Source of the DNA: Minisyncoccota bacterium
GTDB taxonomy: Bacteria > Patescibacteriota > Minisyncoccia > Phycocordibacterales > XYD1-FULL-46-19
DNA length: 64,000 bases
Direction of reading: 5' to 3'
Assembly (NCBI GenBank): GCA_041663165.1
Contig: JBAZRF010000003.1
Span: forward strand, 11,364-75,363
Position 1 is the first letter of the stretch; each line of letters opens with the position of its first letter. The position numbers were made by a program, and so were the translations under genes. The notes under the pieces are model-generated. The model was not told the origin of the DNA, searched no databases, and saw only the letters and a list, made by a program, of their open reading frames with translations. This document shows positions 45,137 to 53,900 of this stretch, in pieces.

Positions 45137-45382
45137 TGACAGAAACCTCCTTCCATCAATATCCTAGCAAAGTTATCCACAGATTACCAGGCTCAAGTAA
45201 TTATTGGCTTTTAGCAAATTCCTTATTTTTCAACCCTTTCTATCGGACAAAAGTTAATTTGTCTTTTAGAACCCAAATGGCCCTATTTTGGGCTCAAAGT
45301 AAAGTCTTGACTTTGGCTTGGGGTACGCTATTTTGCCTGTAGTGAGTTTTAATTAAAAACATTATTAACCTTAATTTTATTT

Positions 45383-47137
45383 ATGAATAAGAAACTTTTA
45401 ACTAGTCTGCAATTAGGCCTAGTTTTGTTCGTTGTTTTGGCCATTTCCTCGTCGTTCTTAATTAGTAGCCCGATAAAAGCCTTAGCCGATGCCTCGACAA
45501 CCAAAATCGGCGATGGATCTGTTCCGGCTACTGAAACTGGTTACGGATCATCGTACTCAGGAGCGGGGATGATGTTAATGAGTCTGCCTTTAGTTTTGGC
45601 CCCCATACCGCCGGCCAATGCCGGTATCCTTACTTACTTAATTTCCGAACCAATTATTTCCCCGGACAATTCAACGAGTGTTGGAACCAAGGACAACACC
45701 TCAATTGATATTGCTTTCTCATCCCAGGTGGATACGGTTGATCTAGATATTGTCGACGGGTTAGATAATTTAATTAAACACCTCTACACTGGCAATAACG
45801 TCACCGATCCATTGCCTAAACCATGGGACGGAAAAGATGGATCTAGCAATTTTGTTTCTGATGGGACCTATACAATAAAGATAACTTATTCTGACGCCGG
45901 CGGAACAACGATTGATACCAGCCGTACGATTATTGTCGACAACACCTCACCCGTTGTTACTCAAGAAATTATTCCGTCAGCAGCAACGACGACCGGTTTG
46001 GTGATCGGTGGCAACTCGATTGCTCAAGCTGAAGTGGTTGAGACCGGTTCGGGCATTAGTGGCGGATGTTTCTTTACTTTTGATGGTGCTTCAACTTGGA
46101 ATTATGATCCGGCCGCCTTTGACTCAGTAACTAGCCGCTGTTCGATTGCCCATACAATAATCCCAGACGGCAGCAGTGTCGATATCAAGGTTTTTGATGT
46201 CGCCGGTAATCAGTCAACAGTCACTAATCCCTATATTAACGTCGTTTGGGATAAAGAAGCCCCGACTGTTGGCCCAATCAGTTTTAGCCCATCCGAGGTA
46301 ATTGGTTCTGATCTCTATCTTTCGCCACTAACAACAATTTCTGCAACAGCAACCGATATCGGCGGGATCGGAGTTAATCCTAACTCTTGTCGTTATTCGA
46401 TTGACGGCGGTTCTTCTTGGGTATTAGCGACGACGGCTTATAATTCGACGACTAATAGTTGCGTCATAAATAGTATTGATACTTCAATCGCTTCGGGTGT
46501 TACTGTGTCGATTGACGATTTGGCGGCCAATAGCTTTGATACCTCGAGTTCTTGGGTGCCGGTTAAAGTTGATACTGTCGTCCCAGTGATAACTTTACTA
46601 GGTGATGCCACGGTTAACCTTAAAGTCAGCGACACTTACGTTGAGGCTGGTGCCACAGCTCTCGATAGTCTCGATGGCGATATAACTTCTCGAATAGTTA
46701 CTACCGGTTTGGTTAATACTAGCGTTGTCGGTACCTATATTCTAACCTATAACGTTAGTGACGATCTGGGTAATGTTGCAACGGCAGTAACCAGGACGGT
46801 TAAAGTTGAACCGGCACCAGGCTCTTCTAGTCATACCGGCGACTATATTCCCGGTTGGGGACCGGGTCGCCAAATCAGGGGACAAGTTCTTGGAACTTCA
46901 ACTGCTAAAATTATTAGGGCATCAACAACCAATACGACCGAGTTGGCTAGGCAAAAAAAGATTCAGCAGCTGAAGAAAAAATTGAACGATCTAAAAGTTC
47001 AAAGATATAACCTTAAGCATTCTCAAGCGGCCCTAGCTGCTCAGGGGGGAGCGAATACTACAATAGATAATCCTAATCTCAAACCAACTTCGACCGCGTC
47101 AACCACCCCAGCTAAGCCCTTTTGGAAATTCTGGTAA
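45383..47137 (+). CDS. Secreted Thr/Ser-rich surface protein with Ig-like (DUF5011/HYR-like) domain(s)
   Basis: Signal peptide. Segment VITLLGDATVNLKVSDTYVEAGATALDSLDGDIT...TYILTYNVSDDLGN is typical of DUF5011 Ig-like domains. Confidence 0.5.
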   Translation: MNKKLLTSLQLGLVLFVVLAISSSFLISSPIKALADASTTKIGDGSVPATETGYGSSYSGAGMMLMSLPLVLAPIPPANAGILTYLISEPIISPDNSTSVGTKDNTSIDIAFSSQVDTVDLDIVDGLDNLIKHLYTGNNVTDPLPKPWDGKDGSSNFVSDGTYTIKITYSDAGGTTIDTSRTIIVDNTSPVVTQEIIPSAATTTGLVIGGNSIAQAEVVETGSGISGGCFFTFDGASTWNYDPAAFDSVTSRCSIAHTIIPDGSSVDIKVFDVAGNQSTVTNPYINVVWDKEAPTVGPISFSPSEVIGSDLYLSPLTTISATATDIGGIGVNPNSCRYSIDGGSSWVLATTAYNSTTNSCVINSIDTSIASGVTVSIDDLAANSFDTSSSWVPVKVDTVVPVITLLGDATVNLKVSDTYVEAGATALDSLDGDITSRIVTTGLVNTSVVGTYILTYNVSDDLGNVATAVTRTVKVEPAPGSSSHTGDYIPGWGPGRQIRGQVLGTSTAKIIRASTTNTTELARQKKIQQLKKKLNDLKVQRYNLKHSQAALAAQGGANTTIDNPNLKPTSTASTTPAKPFWKFW

Positions 47138-47153
47138 GATCCTGACTTAACGC

Positions 47154-47184
47154 AAAATCCCCCGAAAAGCTCGGGGGATTTTGC
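47154..47184 (+). terminator. Rho-independent terminator (AAAATCCCCCGAAAAGCTCGGGGGATTTT)
   Basis: 8-bp GC-rich stem followed by a T-run. Confidence 0.6.
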
Positions 47185-47398
47185 TATGATTTTTTTAGAA
47201 AAATTTCGGCAGGTGTGGGGTAGAGCACGCCCCACACCTGTGCCGGCTGGGAACCCCACACCTCGGAGATCCAGAACCAGACTAGCAAACTCGTTATTGT
47301 CCGTAAAGGGAGAATTAATTTTGTATAAAAATTTGCAAAGGGGTGGGGATTTTAGACTTCCCAAATATTGAGAAGTTTGTTATATTATCAAGCGTTAA

Positions 47399-47471
47399 GG
47401 GCCATTAGCTCACTTGGTAGAGCGCTTCCATGGCATGGAAGAGGTAAGCGGTTCGATCCCGCTATGGTCCA
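47399..47471 (+). tRNA. tRNA-Ala (anticodon GGC)
   Basis: Cloverleaf drawn by hand. G3:U70 identity pair, anticodon loop ATGGCAT, T-loop TTCGATC. No encoded CCA. Confidence 0.75.
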
Positions 47472-47539
47472 CTGCTCCGCTCCCGCTACGCAGTACACGC
47501 ACTTTCTAAATTTATCGACATAGTGCAAACACGACTACT

Positions 47540-47612
47540 GGGCCGTTAGCTCATCTGGTAGAGCGCCTGCTTTGCAAGCAGGAGGTAAGCGGTTCGAGTC
47601 CGCTACGGTCCA
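47540..47612 (+). tRNA. tRNA-Ala (anticodon TGC)
   Basis: G3:U70 pair, anticodon loop TTTGCAA, T-loop TTCGAGT. No encoded CCA. Confidence 0.8.
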
Positions 47613-47678
47613 CATAGGGCAAATTTCGAGTTTTGTGCTATAATATATTTAATTAATAATTAACCAACATTAATTTTT

Positions 47679-48713
47679 ATGGATGAAACTAATCTGGCGA
47701 CGAGAAGGGTTGTAAGAATTTCTCGCCGAAAATTGGTAGTTTTTGTTGTAATCATTTTAATTTTAATTGCTCTCGGATTTGTTGTGTTGTCGTCACTTTC
47801 CTCAGCCCGGATAAGGACGGCCAATTATGTCGGAATGTCAGCGCCAGAAATGGGCCTTGGCGATAGTTACACCGCTAAAACAATATCGCCATATTATGAC
47901 GGTGGCCAACAACCATCGATCGCTGATACCAGAGAATTTTTAAAAACCAGTTATTCCTCAACAATTAAAACCCGGGATGTCTCAGGCGTAATCAAAGATG
48001 TTAAAAGCGCGATTAAGGTGGCCGATGGCCGGATCGACAATTTGTATAGTTCCGAGAAAAGCGGTCGCATTAGTTTTGTCGTCGCCAAAAGTAAATTTGA
48101 AGATTTTAGATCTGAAATTGAAAGTTTAACCTATACCAAGTTATATACTGAGAGTATCTCGTCGCAAAATCTGCTTAGTCAAAAACAAGGAATCGAAAGC
48201 CAAACAATCAGTGTCTTAAATACGCTTGAGAGTTTAAAGAAACAAAAAGATGATCTGGGCCTTAAACATACTCAGACGATCAATTCTATTAGCAATGAAC
48301 TGGCTCGGATTCGTGCCGAGTTAGCCGATGTGAGAATAACGATTGCCGAAGAAACAGATTCCTCGACAATTACCCTTTTAAGGAATCAGGAAAATTCATT
48401 GGTTGAGCAAGAGGCTCTTCAAAGACAAAAATTGAGTGGCGAGAATAATAATTATTCAAGTCAAAATCAGAACCTCGATAGAATGATTAGTAATGCTAAT
48501 AATAACTTAACGAGTGTTAATGACCAAAGTAGCCAGTTCGCAAATAATATCGAAACAGTGAACGGAACAATTACAATCAGCTGGGTCAGCTGGTGGCAGA
48601 TAGCTAAGATCTATTCTCCAATCTCGCCAACGGTCATCGTAATTGCCATCATCATCATTCTTTGGATTTTGTTCAGGCGCAAGGGCTGGATTCCTAAAAT
48701 TATCTTTGACTAA
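47679..48713 (+). CDS. Hypothetical bitopic membrane protein with a long coiled-coil ectodomain (TM helices at both ends)
   Basis: N-terminal and C-terminal hydrophobic helices; Q/N/S-rich coiled-coil middle. Confidence 0.4.
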   Translation: MDETNLATRRVVRISRRKLVVFVVIILILIALGFVVLSSLSSARIRTANYVGMSAPEMGLGDSYTAKTISPYYDGGQQPSIADTREFLKTSYSSTIKTRDVSGVIKDVKSAIKVADGRIDNLYSSEKSGRISFVVAKSKFEDFRSEIESLTYTKLYTESISSQNLLSQKQGIESQTISVLNTLESLKKQKDDLGLKHTQTINSISNELARIRAELADVRITIAEETDSSTITLLRNQENSLVEQEALQRQKLSGENNNYSSQNQNLDRMISNANNNLTSVNDQSSQFANNIETVNGTITISWVSWWQIAKIYSPISPTVIVIAIIIILWILFRRKGWIPKIIFD

Positions 48714-48730
48714 AGCCAACTAAACTAAAA

Positions 48731-48961
48731 ATGTTTAAAGAATTCTTTGTTAAGCGTGAATTAAAGAAGATGGGCGTATCTGGTGAGCAATTAGATGCCA
48801 TGATGAAGGTGGTTAAGGGTAATCCCGGTCTCTTTCAAAAACTCGGAGCTGAAATTGAAGAAAAGGTAAGCAAAAATAAAATGGGTCATCAGGAAGCGGC
48901 TTTAGCGGTGACAACTAAATATCGAGCGGAGCTTGCTAAAATCTTTAGTCAAAAATCTTAA
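48731..48961 (+). CDS. Hypothetical 76-aa protein
   Basis: ORF only. Confidence 0.3.
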   Translation: MFKEFFVKRELKKMGVSGEQLDAMMKVVKGNPGLFQKLGAEIEEKVSKNKMGHQEAALAVTTKYRAELAKIFSQKS

Positions 48962-49380
48962 ATCGCTTGACGTGCTATCTTAGAGAAAATAAAGGTTCGA
49001 TAAATAAGATAATTGGCAATCGCCAAACCGGCGAGAATAATCACTTGATCTAGTAGATACCAAATATGCAACTGGTCGTTTAAGATGTACATGGCCAGGG
49101 CTGAGACAACGAGATTGAGGCTGGTGATAGAAAAATAAAAAAAAGCCTGTTTAAGCCAACGGGGGGACTGATCTTTAAAAGTCCAGATTTTATGAAGAGT
49201 AAAACCAATCGTGCCCGAAATTAAACTCGCACCAATCGTCCCCCAGACTGGCCAGAGGCCCAAACCGCTCACCAAAACAAAAATAGTCAGGAGCGAAGAA
49301 GCCGACGAGATACTTCCGGCGATTAAAAATTTAATGGGCTCAAAAATTGACCAATCTGGGTCATTTTTAAAATTAAACAT
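48958..49380 (-). CDS. GtrA-family small membrane protein (polyprenyl-phosphate-sugar translocation-associated)
   Basis: 4 TM helices and a KIWTF motif typical of GtrA-like proteins. Confidence 0.65.
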   Translation of the reverse strand: MFNFKNDPDWSIFEPIKFLIAGSISSASSLLTIFVLVSGLGLWPVWGTIGASLISGTIGFTLHKIWTFKDQSPRWLKQAFFYFSITSLNLVVSALAMYILNDQLHIWYLLDQVIILAGLAIANYLIYRTFIFSKIARQAI

Positions 49381-49494
49381 GAGTATTAATTGATTAACGG
49401 TCCCGCTATTATAACTCGTAATTTAGTTTGGCTCAAGTTTGGTGCAGGGGGGACTTTTGAACCAAAATGAATTATACTAGGCAATAATCTACCC

Positions 49495-50244
49495 ATGACC
49501 GAATCGTGGCAAAAAGTGTCTGGTCTAAGTTGGACGTTGGCCAAGGCCAATTTTAAATTGCGAACCGAGGGGAGCTACTTGGGTGTTTTGTGGTATTTGC
49601 TCGATCCAGTCTTGCTTTTTGCAATCTTGATCTATGTCTTTGGCTCAAATCTGGGAGCTTCTATTAAGTTTTACCCACTATACTTAATTTGGGGTCTGGT
49701 GATGTTTAATTTCTTTACGACGGTCACGAGTCAAGCAACTTCGGTTATTGTTAATAATGCCCTGTTCATTAAATCAATGAAAATTCGATCGGAGGTTCTT
49801 GTCGTCTCGATTCTACTCCAAACAATCTTTTCGCATCTTTTTGAAATCATCGTTTTGGTTGCTCTGACGGTCTATTTTGGCGCATCACTCTTAAGTTTAC
49901 TTATTTATTTGCCAATTTTTATTTTCTTTTGCGCTCTTACCTTGGGCATATCTTTTTTCTTAGCGGCTTTTGGTGTCTATGTTTCTGATCTAAACAACGT
50001 CTGGAAGTTTTTTACTCAGGCGCTCTTTTTTGCCACGCCAATTTTTTATGCCTCGGCAAAACCCTTGATCCTTTTGCTTAATCCGCTAGCTTCTTTTTTG
50101 GCGATTACTCGGGGTCTGATTATTTATCATGAGTGGCCGGGCCTAAAGATTATTTCTTTATCGGCGATAACCAGCGTCCTCGCCCTTTTTGTCGGCTGGT
50201 ATCTATTTAGTTTGGTTAAAAACAAATTTGCCGAAAATCTATGA
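49495..50244 (+). CDS. ABC-2 type polysaccharide/teichoic-acid exporter permease (Wzm/TagG-like)
   Basis: 6-TM ABC-2 layout. Translationally coupled to the following ATPase gene. Confidence 0.75.
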   Translation: MTESWQKVSGLSWTLAKANFKLRTEGSYLGVLWYLLDPVLLFAILIYVFGSNLGASIKFYPLYLIWGLVMFNFFTTVTSQATSVIVNNALFIKSMKIRSEVLVVSILLQTIFSHLFEIIVLVALTVYFGASLLSLLIYLPIFIFFCALTLGISFFLAAFGVYVSDLNNVWKFFTQALFFATPIFYASAKPLILLLNPLASFLAITRGLIIYHEWPGLKIISLSAITSVLALFVGWYLFSLVKNKFAENL

Positions 50245-50984
50245 GAATTAATTTACAGGGAGTTGGTAAAAAATTTAATCTAAATTTCAAAAAGAGGGAA
50301 GGTATCCTTGCCCGTCTGTTGTCGGTTTTTTCCTTGAGCAAAAACACTAACGATTTTTGGGTTTTTCGCGGAATTGATTTTACGCCCGCCGATGGCCAAA
50401 TTGTTGGCATCATTGGCCGAAATGGTTCAGGTAAATCAACTTTGCTTCGGGTACTGGCGGGAATTTATCAAGCTGATGAGGGAACAGTTAAGTTAAAAGG
50501 TCAGGTGGCATATTTAACCGGATTTGGCCAAGGCTTAATGCCCAAATTAACAATGCGCGAAAATATCTATCTGGTCGGTTCTTTGCTTGGCTTGGGTCAA
50601 AAAGAAATTAAACAGCGTTTTGCGGAGATCGTTGAATTTTCTGAACTGGGTGAATACATTGAAACGCCGGTCTACAAATTTTCCTCCGGCATGGTTTCGC
50701 GACTAAGTTTTTCAACCACGATTTTTTGCTTAAAACATCGCAATCCGGATATTTTGTTAATTGACGAGGCTCTCGAGGCCGGGACTGATTTAAACTTTAG
50801 GAATAAGGCTTTAAATAAGATGGAAGAAATTTTACTCACCGGTGCCAATGTCGTTTTAGTTAGCCATGATTTAGTCATGATTGAGAAGTATTGCCATGAT
50901 GTTATTTGGCTAGACAAGGGGAAAATTGTCAAACAGGGACCGGCTAGCGAAGTGGTCGAGGCTTATGTTAAGGTAAACGAGTGA
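50241..50984 (+). CDS. ABC transporter ATP-binding protein (Wzt/TagH-like)
   Basis: Walker A GRNGSGKST, a signature-like FSSGM, and Walker B LLIDEAL. Confidence 0.8.
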   Translation: MRINLQGVGKKFNLNFKKREGILARLLSVFSLSKNTNDFWVFRGIDFTPADGQIVGIIGRNGSGKSTLLRVLAGIYQADEGTVKLKGQVAYLTGFGQGLMPKLTMRENIYLVGSLLGLGQKEIKQRFAEIVEFSELGEYIETPVYKFSSGMVSRLSFSTTIFCLKHRNPDILLIDEALEAGTDLNFRNKALNKMEEILLTGANVVLVSHDLVMIEKYCHDVIWLDKGKIVKQGPASEVVEAYVKVNE

Positions 50985-53900
50985 ACGGAGAAAAAAGACA
51001 AAAAGTAATTTTGGTTCTTGGTATGCACCGAAGCGGTACCTCGGCCTTGGCCGGCATCCTACAGTTTTTGGGAGTGGACTTGGGTCCCAACCTGATGCCG
51101 GCAAGCGAATTTAATCCTCGCGGCTACTTTGAAGATCTTGATATTGTTGGGATAAACGATAAAATTCTGTCAGCTATTGGTTCTGGTTGGAATGATCTAA
51201 ACGAACTCCCTGATAACTGGCCAGTAAGGTTCCCGTCGGTATTGGCGCTTAAAGAAGATCTAAAGAAAATTATCAGTCGAGATTTTGGGTCTTCATCCAT
51301 TTTTGCCATAAAGGATCCTCGCCTTTGTTTATTGTTACCACTTTATTTTGAGATTTTTCAAGATTTAGCCATCGATTCAAGCTTGGTTCGTATCCAGAGA
51401 GCTCCGGCCGAAGTCGCTTTTTCCTTGGGGCGGTCAGAAAAATTGAATCTGGTTAAAGCGTTACAACTTTATCGTAAGTATCAAAAATATCTGGAAAAAT
51501 ACTTGGTCGGACGCCGAGTCGTTACGGTTGAATTTAACCAACTCTTGAACAATCCGGCCCAGGTAATCTCTTTGATTAAAAATCTAGTTCCCGAAATACC
51601 CTTTGATTATCAGGTACGCCAAAAGGAAATAGATGCCTTTTTAGATTATCAGTTAAAACATTTTGGCCAGCAAAGCCAAGATGATTGCCTGTTTTCGCTA
51701 TTGGATAATATTAATGAAAATGAACAGACCATCGTCTTGACCAATCAAACTATCGAACAAGATAAAAAAAGACTGAACGAGGTACTTAACCAAAGAGAGC
51801 GGTTGCAGCAAGAAAACATAAAAAAAGATGTTGAGATCGCCACCCGGCAAGAACAGCTGGAAGAATTAAAGCAACAAAATCTCGAGCGCGATATCTTTAT
51901 TGAATCTCAACATCAGGAACTAGCCACTATAAAAAGTAGCTTGACCTGGAGAATGCAAAAGGTTGTTGATCGATGGATAAGCCTTTTGCTTAGTCGAAAT
52001 GACGGCCAAAGGGGTCGTTCGCGGGAAGAAATTGCCCGCCAATATTTGATTGGTGAGGGAATTGAAATTGGCGCCCTGCATCAGCCGCTTAAATTGGACC
52101 AAAGTAGGGCCAGGGTTCATTATGTTGATTACCTCGACCAAGAGGGATTAAAAAAAGTTTATCCCGAGATAAACTCTGACAGTATCACCACCCCTGAGAT
52201 CATTGCCAAGGCCGAAGACTTGAGTCCGATTGCCGATAGTAGTCAGGATTTCGTCATTGCCAATCATTTACTTGAACATGTTTCTAATCCAGTCGAAGCG
52301 CTCTCGGAATTCTACCGAGTAACCAAAAAGGAGGGTGGAATCGTTTTTTTAACCCTGCCGAACAGTCGATCCTGTTTTGATTCAGCCAGAGAAATTACCA
52401 GATCCCAACACTTCAGAGACGATTTTGATCTTAATAACAGCGAACGAAAAGTTGTAGATCTTGGTCATTATTTAGACTGGGCAATCAACGTCTTAAAAAT
52501 TCAAAATATTGATGAGGCTAATAGAATTGCCCATGAACTAAGCGCTAAGGGGTATCCAATTCATTTCCATGTCTTTAGTTATCAATCGGCCATTGATTTT
52601 ATCAATAGTCTAGAAATTAATTATGGTTTTGGTTGGGAAATGATTTATTCGCAAGAAGACAAGGACGAATTCATATTTATTCTTCGTCCCAAAACAGAAA
52701 AGGTAGAAATAGGTTTAACTGAGAATTATCAACCTCTCGTTTTGCCAGCCTGTGTCGAACCGGAAGTTTCCATTATTATCCCCGTCTATAACAAGTTTAA
52801 ATATACCTACCGGTGTCTAAAGTCTCTCCTTGAGGCGGAACCAGGGTTAAAATATGAAGTCATTGTCGCCGACGATGGCTCGACTGATGAGACTCTAAGA
52901 ATAGGGGAATATTTTAGTCAGATCAGAGTAATCAGAAATGAAACAAATCTTAGATTTTTGAAAAATTGTAACAAAGCGGCCCTTGAAGCCAAAGGTAAAT
53001 ATTTACTGTTTCTAAATAATGACACCAAAATACTGCCTGGTGCGATCTCACACTTACTCGCCACGATCAAAAGTAATGAAACAATTGGGGTTGTCGGCGG
53101 TCGGCTAATTTTGCCTGACCAAACCTTACAGGAGGCTGGCGGTATTTTATGGAGCGATGGAACCTGTTTTGGTTATGGCCGTGGCGATGATCCTTTTAAG
53201 CCCGAGTATTCATATGTGAGAGAAATCGATTATTGTTCAGGCGCTCTTCTCTTGACACCAACTGAATTATTTTTAGGACTAGGCGAGTTTGATATCCGTT
53301 TTGCGCCCGCCTATTATGAAGATGCCGATTATTGTACCGCCGTCATTAATAAAGGGTACAAGGTAATTTATCAGCCGTTGGCCAGTGTGATTCATTATGA
53401 ATTTACCAGCCACGGCAAGAGCTCGGCCACTGAACTTCAAAAAAGAAATGGCCAACTCTTTAGAACTAAGTGGCAGGAATATTTGAATTTTAAATATCCG
53501 GCGGATTTAAAAAACACTTTATGGGCGCGAGACAATCAAAATTTTAAAAGTCGGGTCTTGATTATTGATGACCGATTGCCCAATGCTAAACTTGGCGCTG
53601 GCTACCCGAGGGCTAGGGCCATCCTAGATATTCTGCTAGAGCAAAAAAGGTTTGTTACCTTTTTGCCGACAGAAATTAACTACGAAGAGGATATTGATTG
53701 TCTCAGGGAGCTCCGACAATTAAGCGTCGAAATTCTTTGCCAGACCGAGAGAAATCCCTTCAACGCCGCTAATCTCGCAGATCTTTTGGCCAAACGGGAA
53801 GATTTTTACGATCAGATTGTGATTAGTCGACCCGCCAACATGGCCAGGCTGGGGGATCTTATTAGAGGCAAAATCAATAGGGCAAAGACTAAGATAATCT

